Origin: an uncultured Luteibacter sp.
GTDB taxonomy: Bacteria; Pseudomonadota; Gammaproteobacteria; Xanthomonadales; Rhodanobacteraceae
Reading direction: 5' to 3'
Assembly (NCBI GenBank): GCA_966191635.1
Contig: CBIGPO010000005.1
Coordinates: 54,199-78,198 of the forward strand
DNA length: 24,000 nt
Positions 8,585-17,244 of this stretch are shown in pieces (within the stretch, counting starts at the first letter, position 1; each line of letters opens with the position of its first letter). Made by a program: the position numbers and the translations under genes. Under the pieces are notes generated by a model, which made no database searches, had not been told where the DNA came from, and saw only the letters and a list, made by a program, of their open reading frames with translations.

Positions 8585-9235
8585 TCACGCAGGGGGCCTC
8601 GCGAGCACGATGTGCGTAGCTCGTTCCGTCGGAACATGCTCAACGGTACGATACCCAAGCGCGTGGAGGTCCAGACCGCTAAAGAGTGGCTCCCCCTGAC
8701 CAAGCGCCACGGGAGCTAAAGCGAGGTGGATTTCATCCACGTATCCGGCCTGCACGTATTGCCTCACGGTCTCGGCACCGCCACCAATCTTGATGTCCTT
8801 TGCGCCGGCGGCTTCGCGCGCCCTTTGCAACGCGACCTCAATACCTTCAGTGACGAAGTGAAACGTCGTTCCGCCCAGCATCTCGATGGAAGCGCGCGGA
8901 TAATGCGTCAGTACGAACGTCGGCGCGTGATAAGGCGGATTGTCACCCCACCAGCCTTTCCATTCCTCGTCCGGCCACTCGCCACGAATGGGACCGAACA
9001 TGTTTCGCCCGAGGATGAAGGCGCCGAAACCTTCCATCGCGCGTCGGGCGAACGTGTCGTCGAGCCCGGCTTCACCATCCTCTTTTCCCTGCATCTGGCG
9101 AAAGGTCCGCGTTGGGAAAAACCACTGGAAGAGTTCCGGGCCTCGCAATCCAAGCGGATTTTCCAAACTCTGGGCAGTCCCCGCAGCGAAGCCATCAAGC
9201 GAGACACCAAACCCGGCAACTTTTACCTTAGTCAT
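8585..9235 (-). CDS. Dihydrofolate reductase family protein (RibD C-terminal-like)
   Basis: 216 aa; MTKVKVAGFGVSLDGFAAG, FILGRNMFGPIRGEW, FVLTHYPR, DIKIGGGAETVRQYVQAGYVDEIHLALAPVALGQGEPLF. Confidence 0.9.
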   Translation of the reverse strand: MTKVKVAGFGVSLDGFAAGTAQSLENPLGLRGPELFQWFFPTRTFRQMQGKEDGEAGLDDTFARRAMEGFGAFILGRNMFGPIRGEWPDEEWKGWWGDNPPYHAPTFVLTHYPRASIEMLGGTTFHFVTEGIEVALQRAREAAGAKDIKIGGGAETVRQYVQAGYVDEIHLALAPVALGQGEPLFSGLDLHALGYRTVEHVPTERATHIVLARPPA

Positions 9236-9926
9236 GGGTAACTCCAGCGAAATCCAACGAAGCCTCGCAATGAATCAGCGTCGTGTCGAACACCGGCACG
9301 GATACATTCCCCTGGCTGAGCAGCATACCCACCTCGGTGCATCCCAGGATCACGCCATTCGCGCCCTGCTCCACGAGCCGGGCGGCGATGGCAACGAACC
9401 GGGCCTCGCTCTCGCGCGTCACGACACCGCGGCAAAGCTCCTCGTAGATGATCCGATGCGCATCGGCACGATCGGCGGCTTCAGGAACGATGGGATCGAG
9501 ACCCGCCGCCATCAGGCGGTCCAGATAGAACGGCTGCTCCATGGTGAACGCGGTGGCGATCAGCCCGGGCCGACGTAGTTCCTTCCTCCGTACAGCCGCC
9601 GCCGTGGCGTCGGCAATGTGCAGCAAGGGAATCGACACTCCCTGCATCATCCTGTCCGCGAGTTTATGCATCGTATTCGTGGCCAGGATCAAGAACCCCG
9701 CGCCTCCGCGTTCGAGGGCCATCGCCTCCGCGTTGAGGATATCTCCGGCCTTATCCCAGTTTCCCGCGGCCTGAAGGGCTTCGATGCCCGCAAAGTCGAG
9801 CGAGCGGATGAGCAGCTCTGGCGAATGAAGGCCGCCGAGTCGCTCGCTCGTGAGCCGGCATAGTTCGCGGTAATAGATTTGTGTGGAGGCGGCGGACATG
9901 CCGCCGAGCATCCCGATCGTTTTCAA
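9228..9926 (-). CDS. Aspartate/glutamate racemase family amino acid racemase
   Basis: TTG start giving LKTIGMLGGMSAAST...; FLILATNTMHK and GANGVILGCTEVGML motifs. The track start at 10046 adds an unlikely Arg/Trp/Cys-rich extension. Confidence 0.9.
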   Translation of the reverse strand: MKTIGMLGGMSAASTQIYYRELCRLTSERLGGLHSPELLIRSLDFAGIEALQAAGNWDKAGDILNAEAMALERGGAGFLILATNTMHKLADRMMQGVSIPLLHIADATAAAVRRKELRRPGLIATAFTMEQPFYLDRLMAAGLDPIVPEAADRADAHRIIYEELCRGVVTRESEARFVAIAARLVEQGANGVILGCTEVGMLLSQGNVSVPVFDTTLIHCEASLDFAGVTHD

Positions 9927-10059
9927 CGAACCATCCCCACAAAAGCTGCCGGATAACGAAGAATAGCAGCGCCAGCGCGCGCGCAGCCAATACTGTCGCT
10001 TATCCATCGCGTGAACCAATGCTGGATAATGCATCGCCCTCCCCAACGAGCCAGAAACG

Positions 10060-10662
10060 ATGAGCGACCTGATCGGCGAAGATAAGGACTTCTACCTTAA
10101 GAACTTCCAGGGCCTGGACTACGCCGAAGGCATCCTCGCCTCGAAGACCTTCGAAGAGTGCACCTTTACCCAGTGCTCCTTCAGCGATGCCCAGTTCAAC
10201 CACTGCAAGTTCATCGAATGCACGTTCCGGTCATGCGACCTGAGCAACGTCAAGCTCAACACCAGCAAATTTCAGGCTGTGACGTTCGACGAATGCAAGG
10301 TCATCGGCGTGGACTGGACACGCGCGGACTGGCCGCGATATGCGGCGCCCGCCAAGCTGACCTTTCGCAAGTCGATAGTGAACTACACCTCGTTCTTCGG
10401 CCTGAGCCTCCAGGAGCTTGTGTTGGAGGAGTGCAAGGTTCGAAACGTCGACTTCAGGGAGGGCGACTTCGCCCGCTCAAACTTCACTTACTCCGACTTT
10501 GCGGAAAGCATGTTCGGTGGCACGAAACTCCAGGGTGCGGACTTCAGCGAAGCCACCAACTACGTCATGGACATCCGCGAGAATCAGGTCAAGGGAGCGA
10601 GATTCACCCGCACGGAGGCCGCCGGACTTCTCTACGGCCTGGGAATCGAGTTGGTCGACTGA
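10060..10662 (+). CDS. Pentapeptide repeat protein (Qnr/McbG-like fold class)
   Basis: 200 aa with tandem A(D/N)F-like pentapeptides: FEECTFTQCSFSDAQFNHCKFIECTFRSCDLSNVKL ... VDFREGDFARSNFTYSDFAESMFGGTKLQGADFSEA. Confidence 0.85.
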   Translation: MSDLIGEDKDFYLKNFQGLDYAEGILASKTFEECTFTQCSFSDAQFNHCKFIECTFRSCDLSNVKLNTSKFQAVTFDECKVIGVDWTRADWPRYAAPAKLTFRKSIVNYTSFFGLSLQELVLEECKVRNVDFREGDFARSNFTYSDFAESMFGGTKLQGADFSEATNYVMDIRENQVKGARFTRTEAAGLLYGLGIELVD

Positions 10663-10667
10663 TCGCT

Positions 10668-11345
10668 CTAAGCCAGCGCACGGGATGCCTGTCTCATTGC
10701 GTCATTCTCGAGATACACCACCCCGTTCACAGCCGGGCTATTGACGAATTCGGCAACGAAGGCCCGCCCGATATCGTCCTGCTCAATCGCGCCAAACCGC
10801 CCGGGAATCAGTCGCCCCAACCAGGCCACATAACCCGGTGTGTGAGCATTGCCTGCGATGATTCCTGGCTGAAATATCGCGAGGCGCTGGAAGCCGATCG
10901 CTTCGATGGCCGCTTCCTTCAACCCCATGATCCGCACATAGCGAAATCTGCTTTTCGGGTTGCTGCCCACGGCGGAAAGAAGGGAAAAATGGGTGATACC
11001 CCCGGCATGGCAACCTCGGGCAAAGCCACCGACAACACCAATCTCGAGGGCTTTTAGTTCTTCCTCGCTCCATTTCATGCTGCCCGCGCCGACGCCAACG
11101 CAGGACGCTGCGTAGACAGGATCACCTTGCGCAACCATGCCCTGGGCGAGCTTGGTCACATCGGTCGGAAACTGAGTAGCTACCGTATCCAGAACCACCT
11201 GCCGCACGCGGGGATCGGCGGCCGGAGCGACCTCCCTGCGATTGACCATGACGACTTCAACGCAGGACGGCTCCGCGGCCAGAGCGCGCACCACTGCGGC
11301 GCCCACCTGTCCGGTGCCGCCGATGATCAAGACACGGAATGCCAT
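10668..11345 (-). CDS. NmrA-like / atypical SDR NAD(P)-binding oxidoreductase
   Basis: Start at the internal ATG (MAFRVLIIGGTGQVGAAVVRAL); Rossmann GGTGQVG, ITHFSLLSAVGSNPKSRFRYVRIMGLKEAAI, IFQPGII. Confidence 0.88.
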   Translation of the reverse strand: MAFRVLIIGGTGQVGAAVVRALAAEPSCVEVVMVNRREVAPAADPRVRQVVLDTVATQFPTDVTKLAQGMVAQGDPVYAASCVGVGAGSMKWSEEELKALEIGVVGGFARGCHAGGITHFSLLSAVGSNPKSRFRYVRIMGLKEAAIEAIGFQRLAIFQPGIIAGNAHTPGYVAWLGRLIPGRFGAIEQDDIGRAFVAEFVNSPAVNGVVYLENDAMRQASRALA

Positions 11346-11436
11346 TTCAGGTCTCCCTTCGGGGGGTTGGGACTTCATCCTACGCGGGATTTGCCCAGGG
11401 CTTGCTGCCCAGGCACCTAGGCAGGGCTGCGGCAAC

Positions 11437-11820
11437 CTACGACCTAGCGCAAATGCGTTCGACCCTGGCCCAGACCTCGTCTGACCCGCTCTTCCAGACG
11501 CCATTGAGCAACTGATGAAACGCGCGATCCCGACGCGCGTGCAGCTCGATTCGATCGATAAAGTCGTCGCCTTTGTAATGAATCAGGTCCTCCAGCGGAC
11601 CTGCGGCCAGCACCGCCAATACTTCGTCGGGCGGCGACTTGGCGAGAATGTGCAGGATAGCGAGCCAGATGTCCTCGCTATCAGTAGTCGAGTCCATGAA
11701 ACGCTCAATGGCCCACCACGCGGGATGACCCTCTTTGAATCGAGTCGGATCTTGAACCCCTTCGATATAAGCGACTGCCCAAGCTTCGAGGTCTGCATCA
11801 TTCATAGGCACGCCCGTCAT
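11437..11820 (-). CDS. Hypothetical protein, DUF6869-like
   Basis: 127-aa ORF, natural composition (WWAIERFMDSTTDSEDIWLAILHILAKSPPDEVLAVLAAGPLEDLI); family name is from memory. Confidence 0.7.
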   Translation of the reverse strand: MTGVPMNDADLEAWAVAYIEGVQDPTRFKEGHPAWWAIERFMDSTTDSEDIWLAILHILAKSPPDEVLAVLAAGPLEDLIHYKGDDFIDRIELHARRDRAFHQLLNGVWKSGSDEVWARVERICARS

Positions 11821-11907
11821 CTTCCTTTGCCCACATCAGATACTAGCGGGTAAATACGTAGAGGCACGAGATCTCCGTTGAGCACTCATCAGCGGAAAGG
11901 GACACTA

Positions 11908-12156
11908 CTATGAGCCGCTCTTCCCCTCGTCCAGCCGATATTCGACCGCGCTCCGCTCGATAACCACCTCTAGCTCAAAGTGCTTCACCGGCCCGACCTT
12001 TAGACGATCCGCAATTGCCTGCGCCACAGCCTCGGTGTTGCGGGGCGTGATCGGAAAATGATGGGAGCGCAGGTAAAAGAAAATATAGTTCTGCATTCCC
12101 CAGGGCACGCGCTTCCAGGCGGTGCTTGTCCTTGCAGTGTCCGAGTAGTCGGCCAT
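11908..12156 (-). CDS. Small hypothetical protein (82 aa)
   Basis: Internal ATG of the longer track ORF (MADYSDTARTSTAWKRVPWGMQNYIFFYLRSHHFPIT...), with an upstream GGGAG; the N-terminal part of the longer ORF looks non-coding. Confidence 0.5.
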   Translation of the reverse strand: MADYSDTARTSTAWKRVPWGMQNYIFFYLRSHHFPITPRNTEAVAQAIADRLKVGPVKHFELEVVIERSAVEYRLDEGKSGS

Positions 12157-12345
12157 CCAGGTACTCCCTGATACCAACCGATAGCTAAGCAAATACCAGA
12201 CCAGTGGCTCAGAAACGCCACTCAAAGCATCCGACCTCGTGTCCGCGGACAGTGCCTGGCGTACCTGGCGGACATTCGGACATCCTCCGGATGGGGCGTC
12301 CGGGGTACATTGGCAAGCATGACCCACCCCTTCTGAGGTGCGATC

Positions 12346-12909
12346 GTGACGACTGTTGCCCTTGTCATCGATATGCAGGCCGACTTCTTCGGCCATCAGC
12401 GACTGTCCCTGCTCCGGCCTGCCCTCGCGGCCCATACCAATACGCTCACCGCCATGGCACGCGATGCGGCTGTTCCCATCATCTGGGTGCGGCAGGAATT
12501 TGCGTCTGACCTGAGCGATGCGTCATTGGAAGTACGGCGGACCCAAACCAGGGTAGTCATCGCAGGTACCCCGGGGGCGGAGCTCCTGCCCGAACTGGAT
12601 GTTCACGCGTCTGACCATTTCGTTCTGAAGAAACGCTACAGCGCTTTCTTCGGCACGAATCTCGACAGTCTTCTCGAGCAGTTGAATTGCGATCAACTGA
12701 TCGTTGCCGGCGTGAATACACATGCATGCGTACGGACCACGGTCGTCGATGCTTACCAGAGGGACTATGACGTCATCCTGGCGAAGGACTGCATCGACTC
12801 ACTGGATCGGGAACACCATGAAGTGACATGGCGGTATATGGACGGGAAGTTGGGGCGTGGCATGGCTAACGAGGAGATTCGTTCCTGGCTTACGCACCTC
12901 CTTCGCTAG
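12346..12909 (+). CDS. Isochorismatase-family cysteine hydrolase
   Basis: 187 aa, GTG start; ALVIDMQADFF, VLKKRYSAFFGTNL, LIVAGVNTHACVRTTVVDAYQRDYDVILAKDCI. Confidence 0.92.
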   Translation: MTTVALVIDMQADFFGHQRLSLLRPALAAHTNTLTAMARDAAVPIIWVRQEFASDLSDASLEVRRTQTRVVIAGTPGAELLPELDVHASDHFVLKKRYSAFFGTNLDSLLEQLNCDQLIVAGVNTHACVRTTVVDAYQRDYDVILAKDCIDSLDREHHEVTWRYMDGKLGRGMANEEIRSWLTHLLR

Positions 12910-13235
12910 TGCGCAGACACCTTTGACAGAAGCTGGATTACGAGCACACCCGCCAGAATGAGCCCGAGCCCGCAGACAGCAGCGAAATCAAGAGTTTGTT
13001 TGAAGAATACCCACCCTATTATCGTAATCAGAACGATACCGAAACCGGACCAGATCGCATAAGCGATGCCGGTGGGAATCGTCCTCAGTGTGAGGGAGAG
13101 GAAGAAGAAGGTGACCGCATAGGCAAGGAGTGAGGCGCATGTCGGCCAAGGCCTGGACATACCGTCCGATGTCTTGAGCAACGAGGTGCCGATCACCTCA
13201 CCGACGATCGCGATGAAAAGATAGACGTAAGGCAT
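12906..13235 (-). CDS. SMR family multidrug efflux transporter, EmrE/Qac-like
   Basis: 109 aa; YLFIAIVGEVIGTSLLKTSDGM, IPTGIAYAIWSGFGIVLITIIGWVFFKQ. Confidence 0.92.
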   Translation of the reverse strand: MPYVYLFIAIVGEVIGTSLLKTSDGMSRPWPTCASLLAYAVTFFFLSLTLRTIPTGIAYAIWSGFGIVLITIIGWVFFKQTLDFAAVCGLGLILAGVLVIQLLSKVSAH

Positions 13236-13536
13236 GTGGCCTCCGTAAGAATTTGCACCAGCCTATATGACTATCAACGCTTCTCCATCGTACTCATCGG
13301 CCTTGCGAAAATTCGCCAGCTCAGCGCAATCTACCGACCAGATTCGGAGCGAGGATATTTGAGTAGAAGCTGGCTCATCTGCTTGGCCCTCATCGTCACC
13401 CCTTGCCGTCGTACGCAATATCGACACGTGGTACGACAACTTCGATGTGCGACCGGACCAGCATCTTTACCTTGCCCCGAAGAATCGGATGCGACTCTGG
13501 TAGTACCATCGCCGCAGCCAACGCGAGGTACTTAGG

Positions 13537-13779
13537 ATGACCGCCCGCCTTTCCACCCGACTTGCCCTTTGGCGCGCAGGCGCCTTCTTTGGCATTCTCG
13601 CCGCGTTCGCCGCGGTGGTTCTCCTACCGGCTGGACTGCGGGAGGCCGGTTTTCATATCGCTAAAGCATGGGGTCTTGGTGCGCTGGCCGCGCCGCTCTG
13701 TTGTCTCGGTGCGATCCCGGGTGCGTTCGTTGCCGATCGCATGCGGCCGACTACTTCACGTGTCGCGCCACCAGGGTAA
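13537..13779 (+). CDS. Putative small membrane protein
   Basis: 80 aa; two predicted hydrophobic stretches; GAGG about 10 bp upstream; no family recognised. Confidence 0.4.
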   Translation: MTARLSTRLALWRAGAFFGILAAFAAVVLLPAGLREAGFHIAKAWGLGALAAPLCCLGAIPGAFVADRMRPTTSRVAPPG

Positions 13780-13887
13780 TACCTGCAATCCTGCAATCCC
13801 CCATTCCACAGTTAGCGGTTGTGCCAGTTCATCGCCATAAAATCGCCTCATGCCGGGGCTAGCTTAACTCCCTCTCAGGAGGAGCAA

Positions 13888-14832
13888 ATGTCGATGAATC
13901 AGAAATGGTGTCATGCCGCAATGATCGCCAGCCTGTGGGTCGCAAGTGCAAGCGCATCTCCACCACCTACGGCCCCGGCAACGTGGGAGCCACCCGCACC
14001 ACTCACCCAGGTTCCGCTGTGGCCCGAGGGACACGCGATAGCACGCCCACCGGTGACGGGTCCGGAATCGGTCAAGGACGATGCGATAGTCGGGAACGTC
14101 ACCCGGCCTACCATGACGGTCTTCCCGCCCAAGGGCACCAGTACGGGTACAACGGTCGTGGTGTTTCCGGGCGGCGGCTACAACATCCTCGCCATGGCCA
14201 TAGAAGGCACGGAGATCTGCGACTGGCTGACCGGCAAGGGCATCACGTGCGTGCTGCTCAAATACCGGGTTCCAAAGAGTGGTCCGCAATGGGACGGCTC
14301 GTGTAACTGCCGCAGGGAACCGAAGGTGCACATGGCGCTGCAGGATGCGCAGCGGACTATTCGACTCGTGCGCCAACAAGCGACGAGCCTTCATATCGAC
14401 CCGGACAAGATCGGTGTGATCGGATTCTCGGCCGGCGGCCATGTGGTCGCCGATGTAAGCAACGCGTCCGAGCGTAGTTACGCACCGGTCGACGATGCCG
14501 ACAAGCTGAGTGCCCGACCGAACTTCGCCATGGCCATCTACCCCGGTCATTTATGGGAGGGCAAGGGTCTCATCCTCAATCTGACGGTTCACGTAACGGC
14601 GAAGACGCCACCCACTTTCCTCGTCCAGGCCGAAGACGATCCCGTCGATGACGTTCGTCACTCGTTGACCTATTACCTCGCGCTGAAACAGGCCGGCGCA
14701 CCTGTGGAAATGCATCTCTACACCACGGGCGGCCATGCCTTCGGCCTGCGCAAGAAGGATCTGCCCATCGGCGCCTGGCCAGAACTCGCGGAGAAATGGA
14801 TGCGGTCGATCGGCATGCTTCCCGCTGACTGA
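13888..14832 (+). CDS. Secreted alpha/beta hydrolase (esterase/acetyl-xylan-esterase-like)
   Basis: Start at ATG 13888 after AGGAGGAG; signal-peptide-like N-terminus; VVVFPGGGYNILA oxyanion region, IGVIGFSAGGHV nucleophile elbow, GGHAFGL C-terminal His. Confidence 0.93.
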   Translation: MSMNQKWCHAAMIASLWVASASASPPPTAPATWEPPAPLTQVPLWPEGHAIARPPVTGPESVKDDAIVGNVTRPTMTVFPPKGTSTGTTVVVFPGGGYNILAMAIEGTEICDWLTGKGITCVLLKYRVPKSGPQWDGSCNCRREPKVHMALQDAQRTIRLVRQQATSLHIDPDKIGVIGFSAGGHVVADVSNASERSYAPVDDADKLSARPNFAMAIYPGHLWEGKGLILNLTVHVTAKTPPTFLVQAEDDPVDDVRHSLTYYLALKQAGAPVEMHLYTTGGHAFGLRKKDLPIGAWPELAEKWMRSIGMLPAD

Positions 14833-14847
14833 GTCACGCGCGCCGTA

Positions 14848-14872
14848 GCCCCGAAACGAATATATTCGGGGC
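14848..14872 (+). terminator. Possible weak terminator hairpin
   Basis: GCCCCGAA-acgaatata-TTCGGGGC after the hydrolase stop; no clear T tract. Confidence 0.4.
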
Positions 14873-14895
14873 CTGCCCCTTGATCGGAGACCGCG

Positions 14896-15276
14896 ATGCA
14901 TCATTCAAGGCTGTGCGCGCTATTGATCGACTGCTATACCGACGACGTGGACAAGGCTGCCCGTTTCTGGGCCGATGCACTGGGCCGGCCTGTCGACCTC
15001 GATCATCCAGGCTCCCGCGACAATTACCGCATGCTGGACACGCCACCCGGTGAACCCATCGTGCAGATCCAGCGCGTCAGTCACGGAAGCCGGGTGCACC
15101 TCGATATCGAGACCGACGACATTCCGGCTGAAGTGCGTCGCCTGGAAGGGTTAGGTGCGGCTGTCGTCGATCGGCTCGAGCGATGGATCGTCATGCAGGC
15201 GCCAACCGGACAGCGCTTTTGTGTCGTACGGGTACAGCGACCGGGATTCCCTGAGAATGCGAATCGCTGGGACTGA
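14896..15276 (+). CDS. VOC family (glyoxalase-like) protein
   Basis: 126 aa; LLIDCYTDDVDKAARFWADALGRP, VHLDIETDDIPAEVRRLEGLGA, WIVMQAPTGQRFCVVR. Confidence 0.85.
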   Translation: MHHSRLCALLIDCYTDDVDKAARFWADALGRPVDLDHPGSRDNYRMLDTPPGEPIVQIQRVSHGSRVHLDIETDDIPAEVRRLEGLGAAVVDRLERWIVMQAPTGQRFCVVRVQRPGFPENANRWD

Positions 15277-15291
15277 CGATCCGTGAACGAA

Positions 15292-15942
15292 TTACCCTTG
15301 GCTTCGCAACCCTCGCCAGTAGCGATCCAGCGACACCTTCAGCTCCGTGGCGAAGTCCAGGCTGGTAAACGCCACAGCCGCATCGCCCAACATCTCGCGG
15401 CAATCGGGCGGAATGTCCAACGCCTGCCACAGCCCTTGCGTCAGCGCATAACTGTGCACAAGCACGCGCGTGCCCTCGCCTTCGGTCAATCCGAGCGCAG
15501 TCTCGACCACCGTGCCGGCTTCGACCAGAGCCATGCCCAGCTCCTGTTTATAGGCGCGCAGCCTTTCCTGCTCGATGTTCCGTTCGAGCACGCTGTAACC
15601 CAGTGATTCGAGTTTCAGGATGTCCGGTTGCGCGGTAACGTGCGCGACATAGGCAGAGAGAAAAGCCGCGATCTTCTCGTCTATCGAACGACTGTCCGGC
15701 GCGAACGCCTCGCGGATGCTCGACATCATCGCCAAACGCTCGATCTGGAGGAGCTCCATGAAGATCTCCTCCTTGGTCGCGAAGTACAGGTACACCGTGC
15801 CCTTGGCCAATCCCGCCTCGGTGGCGATGGCGGCGGCGGACGGGAGCTTCTCCGGATCGCGCAGGAACAGCGTGCGTGCGGCGGCGAGGATCGCGTCGCG
15901 ACGCGCTTCCTTATCCTCGGCCGCCAGGGCGTATCGAACCAT
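15292..15942 (-). CDS. TetR/AcrR family transcriptional regulator
   Basis: 216 aa; N-terminal HTH RRDAILAAARTLFLRDPEKLPSAAAIATEAGLAKGTVYLYFATKEEIF. Confidence 0.95.
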   Translation of the reverse strand: MVRYALAAEDKEARRDAILAAARTLFLRDPEKLPSAAAIATEAGLAKGTVYLYFATKEEIFMELLQIERLAMMSSIREAFAPDSRSIDEKIAAFLSAYVAHVTAQPDILKLESLGYSVLERNIEQERLRAYKQELGMALVEAGTVVETALGLTEGEGTRVLVHSYALTQGLWQALDIPPDCREMLGDAAVAFTSLDFATELKVSLDRYWRGLRSQG

Positions 15943-15959
15943 GCACGCTCAATCCATCA

Positions 15960-16739
15960 TCAGGTGGTGGCCATTCTATAGGTGATGCGCGCGAGCTGCT
16001 GTCGCGAGAACAACCGAGACAGGAAAGCCATCATGCGGTTGACACGACCCGGCACCACCGATGACTTGCCCGCCGCCATGGCAGCGAGGCCGATGTCGAC
16101 CACGGGACGCGACTTCATCATCAACCGCTTCATGGCGGCACTCGGCGCCTCGCCGGCGGCATCGAAGAACGAGGTATCGGTGACGCCAGGCGACAGTACG
16201 GTCACCACGACGTTCTTCGACTTCATTTCGGTATGCAGCGCTTCACCCAACGACAACACATAGGCCTTGCTGGCCGCATATGCCGCGAAATGAGGACAGG
16301 GCTGGAATGCCGCGACGCTGCCCACCAGCATGATCCTGCCTCCGCCCCGCTTCGCCATATCGCTGGCGAATACGTGGGTCAAATCGGTGAGGCCGAGCAC
16401 GTTGAGGCGAAGCATGGCAGTGATGCGCTCGATCGGAGCATCCAGGAAGTCCGCCGTGATGCCGTGGCCGGCATTGTTGATCAGGGTGTGGATGACGATC
16501 CCGTCCGCATCCAGGCGCGATTTCAACGAATCAGCCGCACCGTCGGCCGAAAGGTCCAGCGCCACGACGCGTGTCTTCACGCCATAAAGCGAGCGGAGCT
16601 CATCGGCCAATCTCTCCATCGGCTCCTCCCGACGCGCCGCCAGCACAACGTCGTTGCCCTTCTCAGCCAGAGCGTGTGCGAAGTCCCGACCTAACCCACT
16701 CGATGCGCCGGTAACCAGCGCCCAACGTTGCGATGCCAT
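15960..16739 (-). CDS. SDR family oxidoreductase
   Basis: Start at internal ATG (MASQRWALVTGASSGLGRDFA) preceded by GGAGG; VTGASSGLG, NNAG, YAASKAYV motifs. Confidence 0.93.
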   Translation of the reverse strand: MASQRWALVTGASSGLGRDFAHALAEKGNDVVLAARREEPMERLADELRSLYGVKTRVVALDLSADGAADSLKSRLDADGIVIHTLINNAGHGITADFLDAPIERITAMLRLNVLGLTDLTHVFASDMAKRGGGRIMLVGSVAAFQPCPHFAAYAASKAYVLSLGEALHTEMKSKNVVVTVLSPGVTDTSFFDAAGEAPSAAMKRLMMKSRPVVDIGLAAMAAGKSSVVPGRVNRMMAFLSRLFSRQQLARITYRMATT

Positions 16740-16753
16740 GGGATACCTCCGAA

Positions 16754-16768
16754 ATGACCAGTGGTCAT
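16754..16768. promoter_or_regulatory. TetR-type operator copy 1
   Basis: ATGACCA-G-TGGTCAT perfect palindrome immediately upstream of the SDR RBS. Confidence 0.8.
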
Positions 16769-16797
16769 AACTTAAATGACCAGTGGTCATTTTGCAA
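16769..16797 (-). promoter_or_regulatory. Candidate promoter of SDR-TetR operon
   Basis: Minus strand TTGCAA, 17-bp spacer containing operator copy 2, TAAGTT lying between the two operators. Confidence 0.6.
16776..16790. promoter_or_regulatory. TetR-type operator copy 2
   Basis: Second identical ATGACCA-G-TGGTCAT, centre-to-centre 22 bp from copy 1. Confidence 0.8.
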
Positions 16798-16904
16798 GCT
16801 TTCTCACCACCAGCGCCTTAGCCAGCGCCTTGGCCCCACGTAGTCAAGGGAAGCCCGTGTTCACGCGACGCGCGACCACGCCTCGAGGCGGATCAGGACG
16901 ACAT

Positions 16905-16932
16905 TTGATATTATCGCAAATTGCGATAATAT
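16905..16932 (+). promoter_or_regulatory. higBA promoter/operator with 25-bp perfect palindrome
   Basis: ATATTATCGCAA-A-TTGCGATAATAT at 16908-16932, nested within TTGATA-N16-TAATAT. Confidence 0.8.
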
Positions 16933-16959
16933 CCTCTTCGCCGCTTACGGAAAAGTGAC

Positions 16960-17244
16960 ATGCGGGTCATCAGCAACCGACGACTGGTCGACTTCGGCCA
17001 GCTTCATGTCGACGCCGCCGGACCGCTCCAGATATGGAGAAAACTGATGGAGTCTCGTGATTATCAGGGCTTCAACGATCTGAAGAAGACATTTGGCACG
17101 ACTGATATCGTCGGCGACAAGTACGTCTTCGACATTCGCGGGAACTGCTACCGGCTCGTGTGTCGCATCGATTACCAAGCCCAGCACTGCTACATCACAG
17201 CCGTCCTGACGCACCCCCAGTACGAACGAGGAGACTGGAAATGA
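16960..17244 (+). CDS. higB: HigB-family type II toxin (mRNA interferase)
   Basis: 94 aa; MRVISNRRLVDF, DLKKTFGTTDIVGDKYVFDIRGNCYRLVCRIDY, CYITAVLTHPQYERGDW typical of the HigB/HigB2 family. Confidence 0.92.
   Translation: MRVISNRRLVDFGQLHVDAAGPLQIWRKLMESRDYQGFNDLKKTFGTTDIVGDKYVFDIRGNCYRLVCRIDYQAQHCYITAVLTHPQYERGDWK

Noticed and set aside
13236-13535. 99-aa + ORF upstream of the small membrane protein
   Set aside because: No RBS, cysteine/serine/arginine-rich translation and no family; probably intergenic.
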